From: an uncultured Candidatus Saccharibacteria bacterium
GTDB lineage: Bacteria; Patescibacteriota; Minisyncoccia; Minisyncoccales; CAZBVF01
Length of the DNA stretch: 64,000 nucleotides
Direction: 5' to 3'
Assembly (NCBI GenBank): GCA_964553275.1
Contig: CAZKKG010000001.1
Coordinates: forward strand, 36,993-100,992
The notes under the pieces are model-generated. The model worked only from the letters and a program-made list of their open reading frames with translations. It did no database searches and had not been told where the DNA came from. The translations under genes and the position numbers were made by a program. Position 1 is the first letter of the stretch; each line of letters starts with the position of its first letter. Below are positions 27,516 through 35,698 of the stretch, in pieces.

Positions 27516-29129
27516 ATGAATTCCAAAGAAATAAATAAAACAATTGTTAGAAGATTAATATCATCGAAAGCATGTTCTCAAAAAGATCTGGCTTGTATGA
27601 AAAGACGAGCAGCAAAAGAATATGAGGTTTCATTTCCTTCCAATGCTGAATTACTAAAAGCTTATCATAAATTACTCGGCTATAAAAGAATAAAACCTTC
27701 AAAAACAATTGAAAGTCTATTGCGTACCCGACCAGTGCGTTCTCTTTCGGGAATAATTAATGTTTCTGTTTTGACAAAATCATATCCTTGCACAGGTAAG
27801 TGCATCTACTGTCCAAGCCAGAAAGGAATTCCTAAAAGCTACCTTGATTCTGAACCGGCAGTGATGAGAGCCGTCTTAAATAAATATCACCCGTACAAAC
27901 AAGTTCGGATGCGCCTAAGGGCTTTAAAAAATAACGGACATCCTATTGATAAAGTAGAGCTTAGGATAATTGGAGGCACTTGGAGTTACTATCCAAAACA
28001 GTATCAAACTTGGTTCGTAAAAGAATGTTTCCGTGCCTGTAACGATTTCGGCAAGAAAACAGGAAAAAGACAGATTTTAACCCAACTGCAAGAGAAAAAC
28101 GAAAAAGCAAAATCAAGAATAGTAGGTCTCTCAATTGAAACAAGACCTGATTCTATTACAAAAATAGAAATTAAGAGAATGAGAAAGTTAGGCATAACAA
28201 TGGTAGAGATGGGAGTTCAGAGCATCTACGATAATATTTTAAAAACAATTAAAAGGGGTCATTATGTAAAGGAAACCATACAAGCAACAAAACTTTTAAA
28301 GGATGCAGGATTTAAAATCTGCTATCAGATGATGCCGAACCTGCCTGGTTCCGATTTGAAAAAGGATAAAAAAATGTTTAAGGAACTCTTTTCAAATCCT
28401 AATTTCCAGCCCGATTTCTTGAAAATCTACCCCACTGCGATTATAAAGAATACCGAACTTTATAAACTTTGGAAAGAAAAGAAATATAAGCCATACTCTG
28501 AAAAAGAACTTATAAAACTCATAAAAGACATTAAAAAAGAAATCCCCTATTATGTACGCATCCAAAGGATTACAAGAGACATTCCCTCTAAAAAAATTGT
28601 CGCAGGCCCCGCCAAGATTTCAAATTTAAGGCAATTTATTGCAGAAGAAGCAAAAAAAGAAAAATGGAGATGCAAGTGCATCAGATGCCGCGAAGCCAGA
28701 GAAAAAACTTTTAACTTAGAAAAATTAAAGATATTCCGACAAGATTACAAAGCTTCCGGAGGAAAAGAGATATTCTTGAGTTTCGAAGACAAAAAACGGG
28801 AAAATATCTATAGCCTTCTAAGGTTAAGAATTCCTTCCCCTCATTCTTCTGAAAATACTTTTCTTTGTTTAAGGAATTCAGCGATAATAAGGGAAGTCCA
28901 TACTTACGGTCAGCTCCGTCCAATCCATAAAAAACACTCTTCTAAAAAATCTCTCCAACATAAAGGTCTCGGTAAAAGGTTGATAAAGGAAGCAGAAAAA
29001 ATAGCCAAAAAAGAATTTGGCTTCAATAAAATTGCCGTAATTTCCGGAATAGGAGTAAGAAAATATTATTCTTCTAAACTGGGATATCGTTTAAAGGATT
29101 CCTATATGATAAAAGAATTTGGGAATTAA
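27516..29129 (+). CDS. elp3: Elp3 radical SAM/KAT tRNA U34 carboxymethyltransferase
   Basis: RSLSG, CTGKCIYC, PKSY..EPA.MRA, GGT, ETRPD, EMGVQS, MPNLPG, LKIYP, RITRDIP, SNLRQ, CIRCRE, REVHTYG, QHKGLG, SGIGVRKYY. Confidence 0.93.
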   Translation: MNSKEINKTIVRRLISSKACSQKDLACMKRRAAKEYEVSFPSNAELLKAYHKLLGYKRIKPSKTIESLLRTRPVRSLSGIINVSVLTKSYPCTGKCIYCPSQKGIPKSYLDSEPAVMRAVLNKYHPYKQVRMRLRALKNNGHPIDKVELRIIGGTWSYYPKQYQTWFVKECFRACNDFGKKTGKRQILTQLQEKNEKAKSRIVGLSIETRPDSITKIEIKRMRKLGITMVEMGVQSIYDNILKTIKRGHYVKETIQATKLLKDAGFKICYQMMPNLPGSDLKKDKKMFKELFSNPNFQPDFLKIYPTAIIKNTELYKLWKEKKYKPYSEKELIKLIKDIKKEIPYYVRIQRITRDIPSKKIVAGPAKISNLRQFIAEEAKKEKWRCKCIRCREAREKTFNLEKLKIFRQDYKASGGKEIFLSFEDKKRENIYSLLRLRIPSPHSSENTFLCLRNSAIIREVHTYGQLRPIHKKHSSKKSLQHKGLGKRLIKEAEKIAKKEFGFNKIAVISGIGVRKYYSSKLGYRLKDSYMIKEFGN

Positions 29130-29193
29130 GAATCTGGCTTCGTCGGAACCTTGATTCGCTAAGGTATAGATATATATCTTGAATTAAAAAACT
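29126..29193 (+). repeat. Dispersed repeat, copy 1 (overlaps the elp3 stop codon)
   Basis: TTAAGAATCT-GGCTTCGTCG-GAACCTTGATTCGCTAAGG-N13-CTTGAA-TTAAAAAACT; similar to 48975-49050 and to the reverse complement of 50252-50324. Confidence 0.75.
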
Positions 29194-29212
29194 GCCTTTA
29201 AAAAGCAGTTTT
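29188..29212. terminator. Probable terminator between the convergent elp3 and GxGD protease genes
   Basis: AAAACTGC-CTTTAAAAA-GCAGTTTT. Confidence 0.5.
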
Positions 29213-29222
29213 CTTATCTCTG

Positions 29223-30110
29223 TTAATTAAATAAGAGCGTAAGAAAGTAGCCAATAATTGAGAAAAAAGCTATCGGAGGGAGCGCAGGCATCGGCTTTCT
29301 CAATTTTTGAGAGATAAATATCAAAAAACTGACCGAAAGCCCTATAAGAGAAAAAACAGCTACAATTAAAGCATTCGCAACTCCCGAAGAGAGAAGACTA
29401 ACGCAAAAAACCAAAGGGAAAACAATGTCCCCGCCCCCTAACATTAGAAATTCTCCGCCCGGCTTTGTTTCTTCTAAAGACTTTTTAAAATCAACTATCT
29501 CTTTTGGGATAATAAAGGCTAAAACTGCTCTGTGTCTCGCCATCTCTTTTGCCATCTTCTGCATGTGCTTTGTTTTGTAAACAGCAATAAAGTCATAAAC
29601 TGAAAAAAGCAGAAGCAGTAATATCATTGTTTTAGGATTAATATTCATTCCTAAAATAGCTCCGACTCCCGCCAATCCCAAAACCATACAAAGATTATGG
29701 TTAAAAACATTAGGCTTTTTCCAGCGCCATAGAATTAAAAGCCCCATTAAAGATAAGGCCGCGATATCAAACAACCATACGGAAATCAGGCTTGCTCCTG
29801 TCCACCAAATAGTAACGACAAACAGAGTTCTGTAAATTGCTCCCTTGCCTTTTTTAATAATCGGAGAAAATGAAACGAAGAGAATAAATAAAGTGGCAAT
29901 AGAGAATGCCAGAATAAAGTTCCAAAAAGAGATCTCAGGCAATACAATTTCTTGGAGCTCTAAAGTTTTTCCGAGCCTTACGGCGCTTACAAGACCAATA
30001 AAAAATGTCAGACAAAATAAAAAAACTTCCCAAATAAAAGTTTTTAAACGGCTCTTTAAATTTAAATGCTCTACTTTCTCTTGTTTTTCGTTTTCTCTGT
30101 TTCCTGGCAT
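29223..30110 (-). CDS. Presenilin/signal-peptide-peptidase-like GxGD intramembrane aspartyl protease (A22)
   Basis: Multi-TM; SVYDF (YD), LGGGD (GxGD), C-terminal PALP. Confidence 0.88.
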   Translation of the reverse strand: MPGNRENEKQEKVEHLNLKSRLKTFIWEVFLFCLTFFIGLVSAVRLGKTLELQEIVLPEISFWNFILAFSIATLFILFVSFSPIIKKGKGAIYRTLFVVTIWWTGASLISVWLFDIAALSLMGLLILWRWKKPNVFNHNLCMVLGLAGVGAILGMNINPKTMILLLLLFSVYDFIAVYKTKHMQKMAKEMARHRAVLAFIIPKEIVDFKKSLEETKPGGEFLMLGGGDIVFPLVFCVSLLSSGVANALIVAVFSLIGLSVSFLIFISQKLRKPMPALPPIAFFSIIGYFLTLLFN

Positions 30111-30198
30111 TTTTTATAGACAAAACGGCTCGGGGTACGATAGGCCACTTTACCTTTTTTAGCAGGCTTTGAAGAATATTTCTTCATTTAGGCTTTTT

Positions 30199-31143
30199 TT
30201 AAGTCCTTTTTACCCTGGTCAATCCAGAGCAGGGAATAATTTCTATTCCTTGTTTCTCCAACTCATCCAAAAACAAGTTTACTCCTAAAGAATCGGAAGA
30301 CATGTGCCCTGCTATAACGACGTTCAAATTCTCAGTCTCAGCTTCTTTTTTATGCTCTTCCGAAATGTGCATTCCTATCACAGTGCCTATTCCTGCCTGA
30401 GCTAATTTAGGATAAAGTTTTGCAGAACCTTCCGTCCCGCCCGTAATTTCACTTAGAGCAATTTTGCCACAGCGATTTTCTTCAGCACCAACAAAGATTT
30501 TCGGACCAACTCCAATTTTCATGGCCTCTTTATACTCCGGAATGCTTTTCAGCAAATCAATTATTTCCCCCACTGTTTCTGGATTCTTTTGTTCTATTTC
30601 CTTTCTCAAAAAATTTGCCGCAAGATTATCGCAAGGAGTATGAAAATTAACAAGGTTTACTTTTAATATCCTGGCAGCATCAACTGTTCTTTGGTGATTA
30701 AGCTTATTAGTGCCTCTGGCCACTTCACTAATTCTTGGTTTCATAAGACCTTCGGCAATATTGATAGGAACTCCGTAGTAATTTAAAACATCGCATTGCA
30801 AATCCATGACATCGGAAAGATGCGCCAATCCTTTTCCCAAAGGATGATGAGCAATAATCAAATCTATACCGCCGATTTCTTTCGCCATCAGAATTTCAGC
30901 AGGCCCAATATCAATACCGACCATTACTTTCTTTATTTCTTTATCTTCAGAAATATTGTAGATCCTTGAATCTAAATAAGGATTGGTTAAAGCTTCTGTG
31001 TCAAACTCTTCCTTCTTTTCGCCTGTCAACTTATTATATTTTTCTTTCTTCTTCCCTAAAAATTTATCAATCTGATCTTTGCTTCGAAAATCAGCTTCGA
31101 TTCCCATTTTTATCGCTAAATTGTAAATATCTTTAACGGTCAT
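30199..31143 (-). CDS. Nif3-like (NGG1p-interacting factor 3/DUF34) metal-binding protein
   Basis: VGID, IAHHP, HTPCD, IAGH.SSD..G motifs. Confidence 0.8.
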   Translation of the reverse strand: MTVKDIYNLAIKMGIEADFRSKDQIDKFLGKKKEKYNKLTGEKKEEFDTEALTNPYLDSRIYNISEDKEIKKVMVGIDIGPAEILMAKEIGGIDLIIAHHPLGKGLAHLSDVMDLQCDVLNYYGVPINIAEGLMKPRISEVARGTNKLNHQRTVDAARILKVNLVNFHTPCDNLAANFLRKEIEQKNPETVGEIIDLLKSIPEYKEAMKIGVGPKIFVGAEENRCGKIALSEITGGTEGSAKLYPKLAQAGIGTVIGMHISEEHKKEAETENLNVVIAGHMSSDSLGVNLFLDELEKQGIEIIPCSGLTRVKRT

Positions 31144-31150
31144 ATGTTTT

Positions 31151-31336
31151 TTATTTTTTTACCTCCTTCTTTATCTTTACCTCTCCGACTTTTTCCTTCT
31201 GATTATTTAAAATACTGCTGTAAATATTATCAATTAGTTCGTTTTGCTCCTTCAACCCTAAAACCCCCCTTCTAATGCGGGCTTTTTCTTTACGAATATA
31301 TTTCTTTATTGAATTGGGAAATTTCTTTTCACTCAT
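31151..31336 (-). CDS. Small basic hypothetical protein
   Basis: 61 aa, in operon orientation; PNSIKKYIRKEKARIRR. Confidence 0.6.
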   Translation of the reverse strand: MSEKKFPNSIKKYIRKEKARIRRGVLGLKEQNELIDNIYSSILNNQKEKVGEVKIKKEVKK

Positions 31337-31402
31337 AGGATTGTTTTTCTCAAATAAGGGTCAAAATAAAAAATGCCGAAACGCAAGCTAATCTTACCTT
31401 TA

Positions 31403-32839
31403 TTATTCTCCTTTGGCAACAGCTAAGGGTACTAATCGCGCTACTTTTTCAGCTAAACCTGCATTGCAGACAATTTTAATAACGTCGTCAATGTTTTTGT
31501 AAGCCATTGGCGCTTCCTCTGCAATCCCCCTCATAGAATGAGATTTAATAATTATTCCTTTACGTTTTAATTCTTCTATAACCTCATTGCCTGAAATTTG
31601 TCTAATTGCTTGTTTTCTTGACATGATTCTGCCTGCTCCGTGGTTTACAGTATGCCATGCTTCTCCTGATTTTGTACACCCTGCCAAAACAAAAGAAGAT
31701 GTTCCCATGCTTCCGGGTATTAAGACGGGTTGTCCGACCAAACGATATTTTTCAGGAATGTCCGCGTGTCCAGGAGGAAAAGCACGAGTTGCCCCTTTCC
31801 TGTGAATTATCAATTTCTTTTTAACTCCATCGACCTCATGCTCTTCGATTTTGGCAATATTATGAGCAACATCATAGAGAAGTTCAAGTTTTGCTTCGTT
31901 CCCAAAAATCTTTTTCCAAATTTCTCTGATATAGAAAGCAATCATTTGTCTGTTTGCCCAGGCAAAATTACAGGCAGCACACATAGCTTTAAAGAATCTC
32001 TGCCCTTCCGGGGAGTTAAAAGGCATACAGGCCATTTCCCTGTCAGGAATATCTATTTTATACTTTTTCAAAGCCTCCCCTGCTGTTTTTAAATAATCCG
32101 TACAGTTTTGATGCCCAAGGCCTCTGGAACCGGTATGTATCATAATTACCACCTGATTCTCAAAAAGTCCGAAAGCTTTTGCTTTTTGATCGTCAAATAT
32201 CTCTTCAACTTTCTGAATTTCTAAAAAATGATTCCCTGAACCTAGGGTTCCCACTTGATTCCTTCCTCGGGATTTTGCTCTTTCTGAAACGCAGGAAGCA
32301 TCGGCCCCTTCCATTTTCCCCCCTTCTTCACAATTCTCAATATCATCCTTTGTCCCATAACCTTTTTTAATCAAACCAACTACCCCTTCTTCCAAAACTT
32401 CATCCACTTCTTTAAAAGAAAGCTTAGTTTCCCTTGCTTCACCCAACCCCGAAGGAATTTCTTCTTGGATTCTAGTAATCAATTTATCCAAATGTGGACG
32501 AATTTCTTTTTCAATATATTCTGATTTTAATAATCTGACTCCGCAATTTTGATCAAAACCGACGAAGCCGGGCGAGATAACGCCTTGGGTAAAATCTACC
32601 GCCCCCACTCCTCCTATGGGAGGACCGTAACCTGAATGAATGTCGGGCATCCCAATGGCATATTTTACAATTCCGGGCAGGGTAGTAATATTTATCAGCT
32701 GTTTCAAGGCATTTTCTTCTATCAATGGGAGCATCTTTTCAGAACTGTAAATTCGTGCAGGCACTTTCATACCCCTGCTTAGGTCTTTCGGGACTTCCCA
32801 TAACCAGTCACTAATTTTTACTAAACTATTTTTATCCAT
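31403..32839 (-). CDS. rtcB: RtcB family RNA ligase
   Basis: MPDIHSGYG.PIG, GFDQNCG.RL, GTLGSGNHF.E, HTGSRG.GH, HNIAK, HRKGA, PGSMG, HGAGR, EEAP.AYK. Confidence 0.96.
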   Translation of the reverse strand: MDKNSLVKISDWLWEVPKDLSRGMKVPARIYSSEKMLPLIEENALKQLINITTLPGIVKYAIGMPDIHSGYGPPIGGVGAVDFTQGVISPGFVGFDQNCGVRLLKSEYIEKEIRPHLDKLITRIQEEIPSGLGEARETKLSFKEVDEVLEEGVVGLIKKGYGTKDDIENCEEGGKMEGADASCVSERAKSRGRNQVGTLGSGNHFLEIQKVEEIFDDQKAKAFGLFENQVVIMIHTGSRGLGHQNCTDYLKTAGEALKKYKIDIPDREMACMPFNSPEGQRFFKAMCAACNFAWANRQMIAFYIREIWKKIFGNEAKLELLYDVAHNIAKIEEHEVDGVKKKLIIHRKGATRAFPPGHADIPEKYRLVGQPVLIPGSMGTSSFVLAGCTKSGEAWHTVNHGAGRIMSRKQAIRQISGNEVIEELKRKGIIIKSHSMRGIAEEAPMAYKNIDDVIKIVCNAGLAEKVARLVPLAVAKGE

Positions 32840-32871
32840 ATTCTCTTTTATTTTATCAGGACTGCTCTATT

Positions 32872-33183
32872 TTAATTCGGTATTGGTTCTTTCACTAGCT
32901 CAAGAATTTTTTCAAAGTTATCCTCGGGAGAAGATTTTACCCTATGTTCATGGCCGCACTTTTCACATCGATAATAGATAATATAACCCTCGCCCTTAAC
33001 TTCTGCTGCTATCGGCTTCATCAATCCACCGCATCCTGATTTTCTGTCTCCGGGATTAACGTCTACATGTTTTGACCATAAACACTCAGAACAGTGATCG
33101 GTATATCCTGTACCTCTGGTAAATTTACCGCAGTGCTCACAAACAAAACCTTCTTTTTTCCTTTGAAATCTTTTCTCCTGCAT
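32872..33183 (-). CDS. RNHCP-domain zinc-binding protein
   Basis: FVCEHCG..TDHCSECLWSKHVD..PGDR..CGG.M.PI...CEKCG. Confidence 0.85.
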   Translation of the reverse strand: MQEKRFQRKKEGFVCEHCGKFTRGTGYTDHCSECLWSKHVDVNPGDRKSGCGGLMKPIAAEVKGEGYIIYYRCEKCGHEHRVKSSPEDNFEKILELVKEPIPN

Positions 33184-33233
33184 ACTATATTTACCCTTAA
33201 GGCTTACTGATCTCGGGGGTCAACAGTTTCTGT

Positions 33234-33252
33234 GTTGAGATTTAACCTCAAC
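33234..33252. repeat. REP-like palindrome GTTGAGATTTAACCTCAAC
   Basis: 17 of 19 bases match GTTGAGGTTTAACCTCGAC at 5100-5118; intergenic. Confidence 0.55.
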
Positions 33253-33264
33253 CGATTTTCCGTT

Positions 33265-33690
33265 TTACCTCAGTCCCAGCTCTTCACTTACTTTTTCGTC
33301 GAGATTGGTTGTAATAAGGTTTTTAATATCTTCTTTCTTAACCCATCTAATTTCAGCCACTTCATGGGGTTCTATTGGTTCAGCAATGGGTTTCTCTATT
33401 TTCAGCTCGCAAAGATGGTAAACAATAAATACTAAAATCTGAGGATGAACTCGCAAAGATATTTCTTTCACTGATTTAATGTCATAACCCGTTTCATCTA
33501 AAACCTCCCTTTCAACACATTTGCTTCTGCTTTCGTCAAACCGCTGTTTACCGCCTGGAAAAGCCCATTCCAAGACTGAACTGTCTTTGCCAATTTCTTT
33601 TTTCACCCGGCGAATCATCAAAACCTCGCCTTTATCGTTAACAATTATCCCTAGATTAATAAAATCTTTTGATTCTTTTTTGTCATCCAT
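33265..33690 (-). CDS. NUDIX hydrolase
   Basis: Nudix box PGGKQRFDESRSKCVEREVLDETGY. Confidence 0.9.
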   Translation of the reverse strand: MDDKKESKDFINLGIIVNDKGEVLMIRRVKKEIGKDSSVLEWAFPGGKQRFDESRSKCVEREVLDETGYDIKSVKEISLRVHPQILVFIVYHLCELKIEKPIAEPIEPHEVAEIRWVKKEDIKNLITTNLDEKVSEELGLR

Positions 33691-33802
33691 GATTTTGATT
33701 TATTTCATTATTTTACAAATCGTTTAATATCTTTTTATACCTTTCATTGTAACAACCTCAAGATTGTCTATAATTTAAAACTGGCAGTTTCCCTATCTTT
33801 TA

Positions 33803-35104
33803 TTATTGAAAAAACATTTTTTCAAATTTCTCCTTCGCTATTTTGCGGTCATCCCATGGAATCTTTCTGCCATTGGAAATACACATCCAAGATTCCGAAC
33901 CCTTCCCGCTAATGATAGCTGTGTCTGAAGGATGGGCTAATCTTAATGATTTTTCTATCGCTTTTTCTCTATCTAGAATCTCAAAAACTTCTAATCCTTC
34001 CCTTTCAATAACGCCCCTCCTTATTTGCTCTATTATTTCTTTTGGGTCCTCGTCGTAAGGGTCTTCGTTTGTCAAAATGATTTTGTCGCAGCATTCTGAA
34101 GCAATTTTACCAAGCTCGGGCCTCTTCCATTTATCACGGCCCCCCCCGCAAGAACCCAAAACACATATCATTTTTGATTTCTTGATTTTAAATTCTAAAG
34201 CAGTTTGATATAGATTTTGGAGGGCGTCAGGAGTGTGAGCATAATCAACAATAACATTAAAAGGTTTTTTAATAACAATTTCCAATCTGCCCGGGATCTC
34301 TTCGATTCTCTCTAAAGCTTTTTTGCAAACTCTCAAATCAATACTTTGGGAAATTCCTACACAGATAGAAGCCAAAGCATTGTAAATATTAAATTTGCCC
34401 AATAATTTCAAATTAAATTCTGTATTGCCTACAAAAAACTTTGTTTGCTTAGATGACAATTGACAACTTTCAGCTTTCGTTAGTCTTAGATTTTGGCCTC
34501 TATCTTTACCTTTTAACTTCTTAGTTTGAAACTTTATTGCATATCCATACTTTTCTTTTGCTAAAAATCCTAAAAAGTATTCTGCATTTTTATCATCCAA
34601 ATTTATAACATGAATTCTTTTTGCGCTTTTGAAAAGCCTGCCTTTTGCTTTTTTATAGTTCTCAAATCCTTTATGTGATTCTATATGCTCGGGGGTTAAA
34701 TTAGTGAAGACAGCTGTACCAAAATTAATAAATTTATGGCGGCATTGCTTTATCCCCTCTGAAGTCACTTCTATCACCGCATAATCGCATTTTTCAATCA
34801 AAGCCTGTTTTAAAAATTTCTGGAGAGCAAATCTTCCAGGCATTGTCATCTTCAAATCATTCTGCCATTCTTTGCTACCAATCTTAAACCTAATTGAAGA
34901 TATCGAGGCAACCTTATGCCCGGACTCTTTTAAGATTTCAGATATCATTTCGACCACAGTTGATTTTCCATTAGTACCGGTAACGCCAATCACGTTAATC
35001 TTCTTTGAGGGAAATCCATAAAAAATAGCTCCTAAAAGAGCAAGGGAAAAATGGTACAAACTTATAATAAAACCAGGTACAAGTTTTTTAATTATTTTCT
35101 TCAT
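33803..35104 (-). CDS. murE: Mur ligase, MurE-like
   Basis: GVTGTNGKST, EVTSEG, TNLTPEH, PGRLE, DYAHTPD, GGRDK.KR, NEDP, GKG.E. Confidence 0.85.
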   Translation of the reverse strand: MKKIIKKLVPGFIISLYHFSLALLGAIFYGFPSKKINVIGVTGTNGKSTVVEMISEILKESGHKVASISSIRFKIGSKEWQNDLKMTMPGRFALQKFLKQALIEKCDYAVIEVTSEGIKQCRHKFINFGTAVFTNLTPEHIESHKGFENYKKAKGRLFKSAKRIHVINLDDKNAEYFLGFLAKEKYGYAIKFQTKKLKGKDRGQNLRLTKAESCQLSSKQTKFFVGNTEFNLKLLGKFNIYNALASICVGISQSIDLRVCKKALERIEEIPGRLEIVIKKPFNVIVDYAHTPDALQNLYQTALEFKIKKSKMICVLGSCGGGRDKWKRPELGKIASECCDKIILTNEDPYDEDPKEIIEQIRRGVIEREGLEVFEILDREKAIEKSLRLAHPSDTAIISGKGSESWMCISNGRKIPWDDRKIAKEKFEKMFFQ

Positions 35105-35655
35105 TTACCAAGCATTTTTAAAGCCGCTTTGACTCTTTGTTTGCTGTCTTCGATTTCTTTAGGTAGTTTACCGAGAACTTCTCTTGCCTCTCTTCTGGAA
35201 AAGCCCAGAGAAACCAGGGTTTCAAGAACTTCGTCCTGTTCTTCTTTTTCTTTTTTTGAGATCTCTTCAATTTTGCCAGTCAATTCTAAAATTATCTTCT
35301 GCATCTTTTTCTTGCCAATCCCCTTAATCTTACGATGGAAATCCTCTTTTTCCATCTCTACTCTTAAGCTCTCCAGAGAGCCGAAAGAAGAAAGATCTAA
35401 AGCAGTCTTAGGTCCAACGCCGGAAATACTTTTTAATGTTTCAAAAAGTTCAAGTTCTTCCAGTGTTAAAAATCCGTAAAGTTCAACTCTTTCTTCTTTA
35501 AAATAAAGGAAGGTGAATATTTCACAATCCTGCCCCAGTTTAATCTCTCCCATTACTTTATCGGAACAGAAAACCTTAAAACCAATGCCTTGATTTTCAA
35601 GAATCAAAGACTTATCATTCTTATATATAACTCTGCCTTTTAAATAGTTAATCAT
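35101..35655 (-). CDS. ruvA: Holliday junction DNA-binding protein RuvA
   Basis: MINYLKG, LYGF, ISGVGPKTAL, GIGKK..KIILEL, LVSLGF; start at 35655. Confidence 0.93.
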   Translation of the reverse strand: MINYLKGRVIYKNDKSLILENQGIGFKVFCSDKVMGEIKLGQDCEIFTFLYFKEERVELYGFLTLEELELFETLKSISGVGPKTALDLSSFGSLESLRVEMEKEDFHRKIKGIGKKKMQKIILELTGKIEEISKKEKEEQDEVLETLVSLGFSRREAREVLGKLPKEIEDSKQRVKAALKMLGK

Positions 35656-35698
35656 TGCCTTATTATACCATTTTTTCTTTAGAATATAAGATGCGTTT

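Noticed and set aside
30071-30187. 38-aa basic ORF (MKKYSSKPAKKGK...) that a -1 slip at an A6 run would fuse to the presenilin-like gene
   Set aside because: No stimulatory structure or homology support is visible, and the protease has its own ATG; kept only as a possibility
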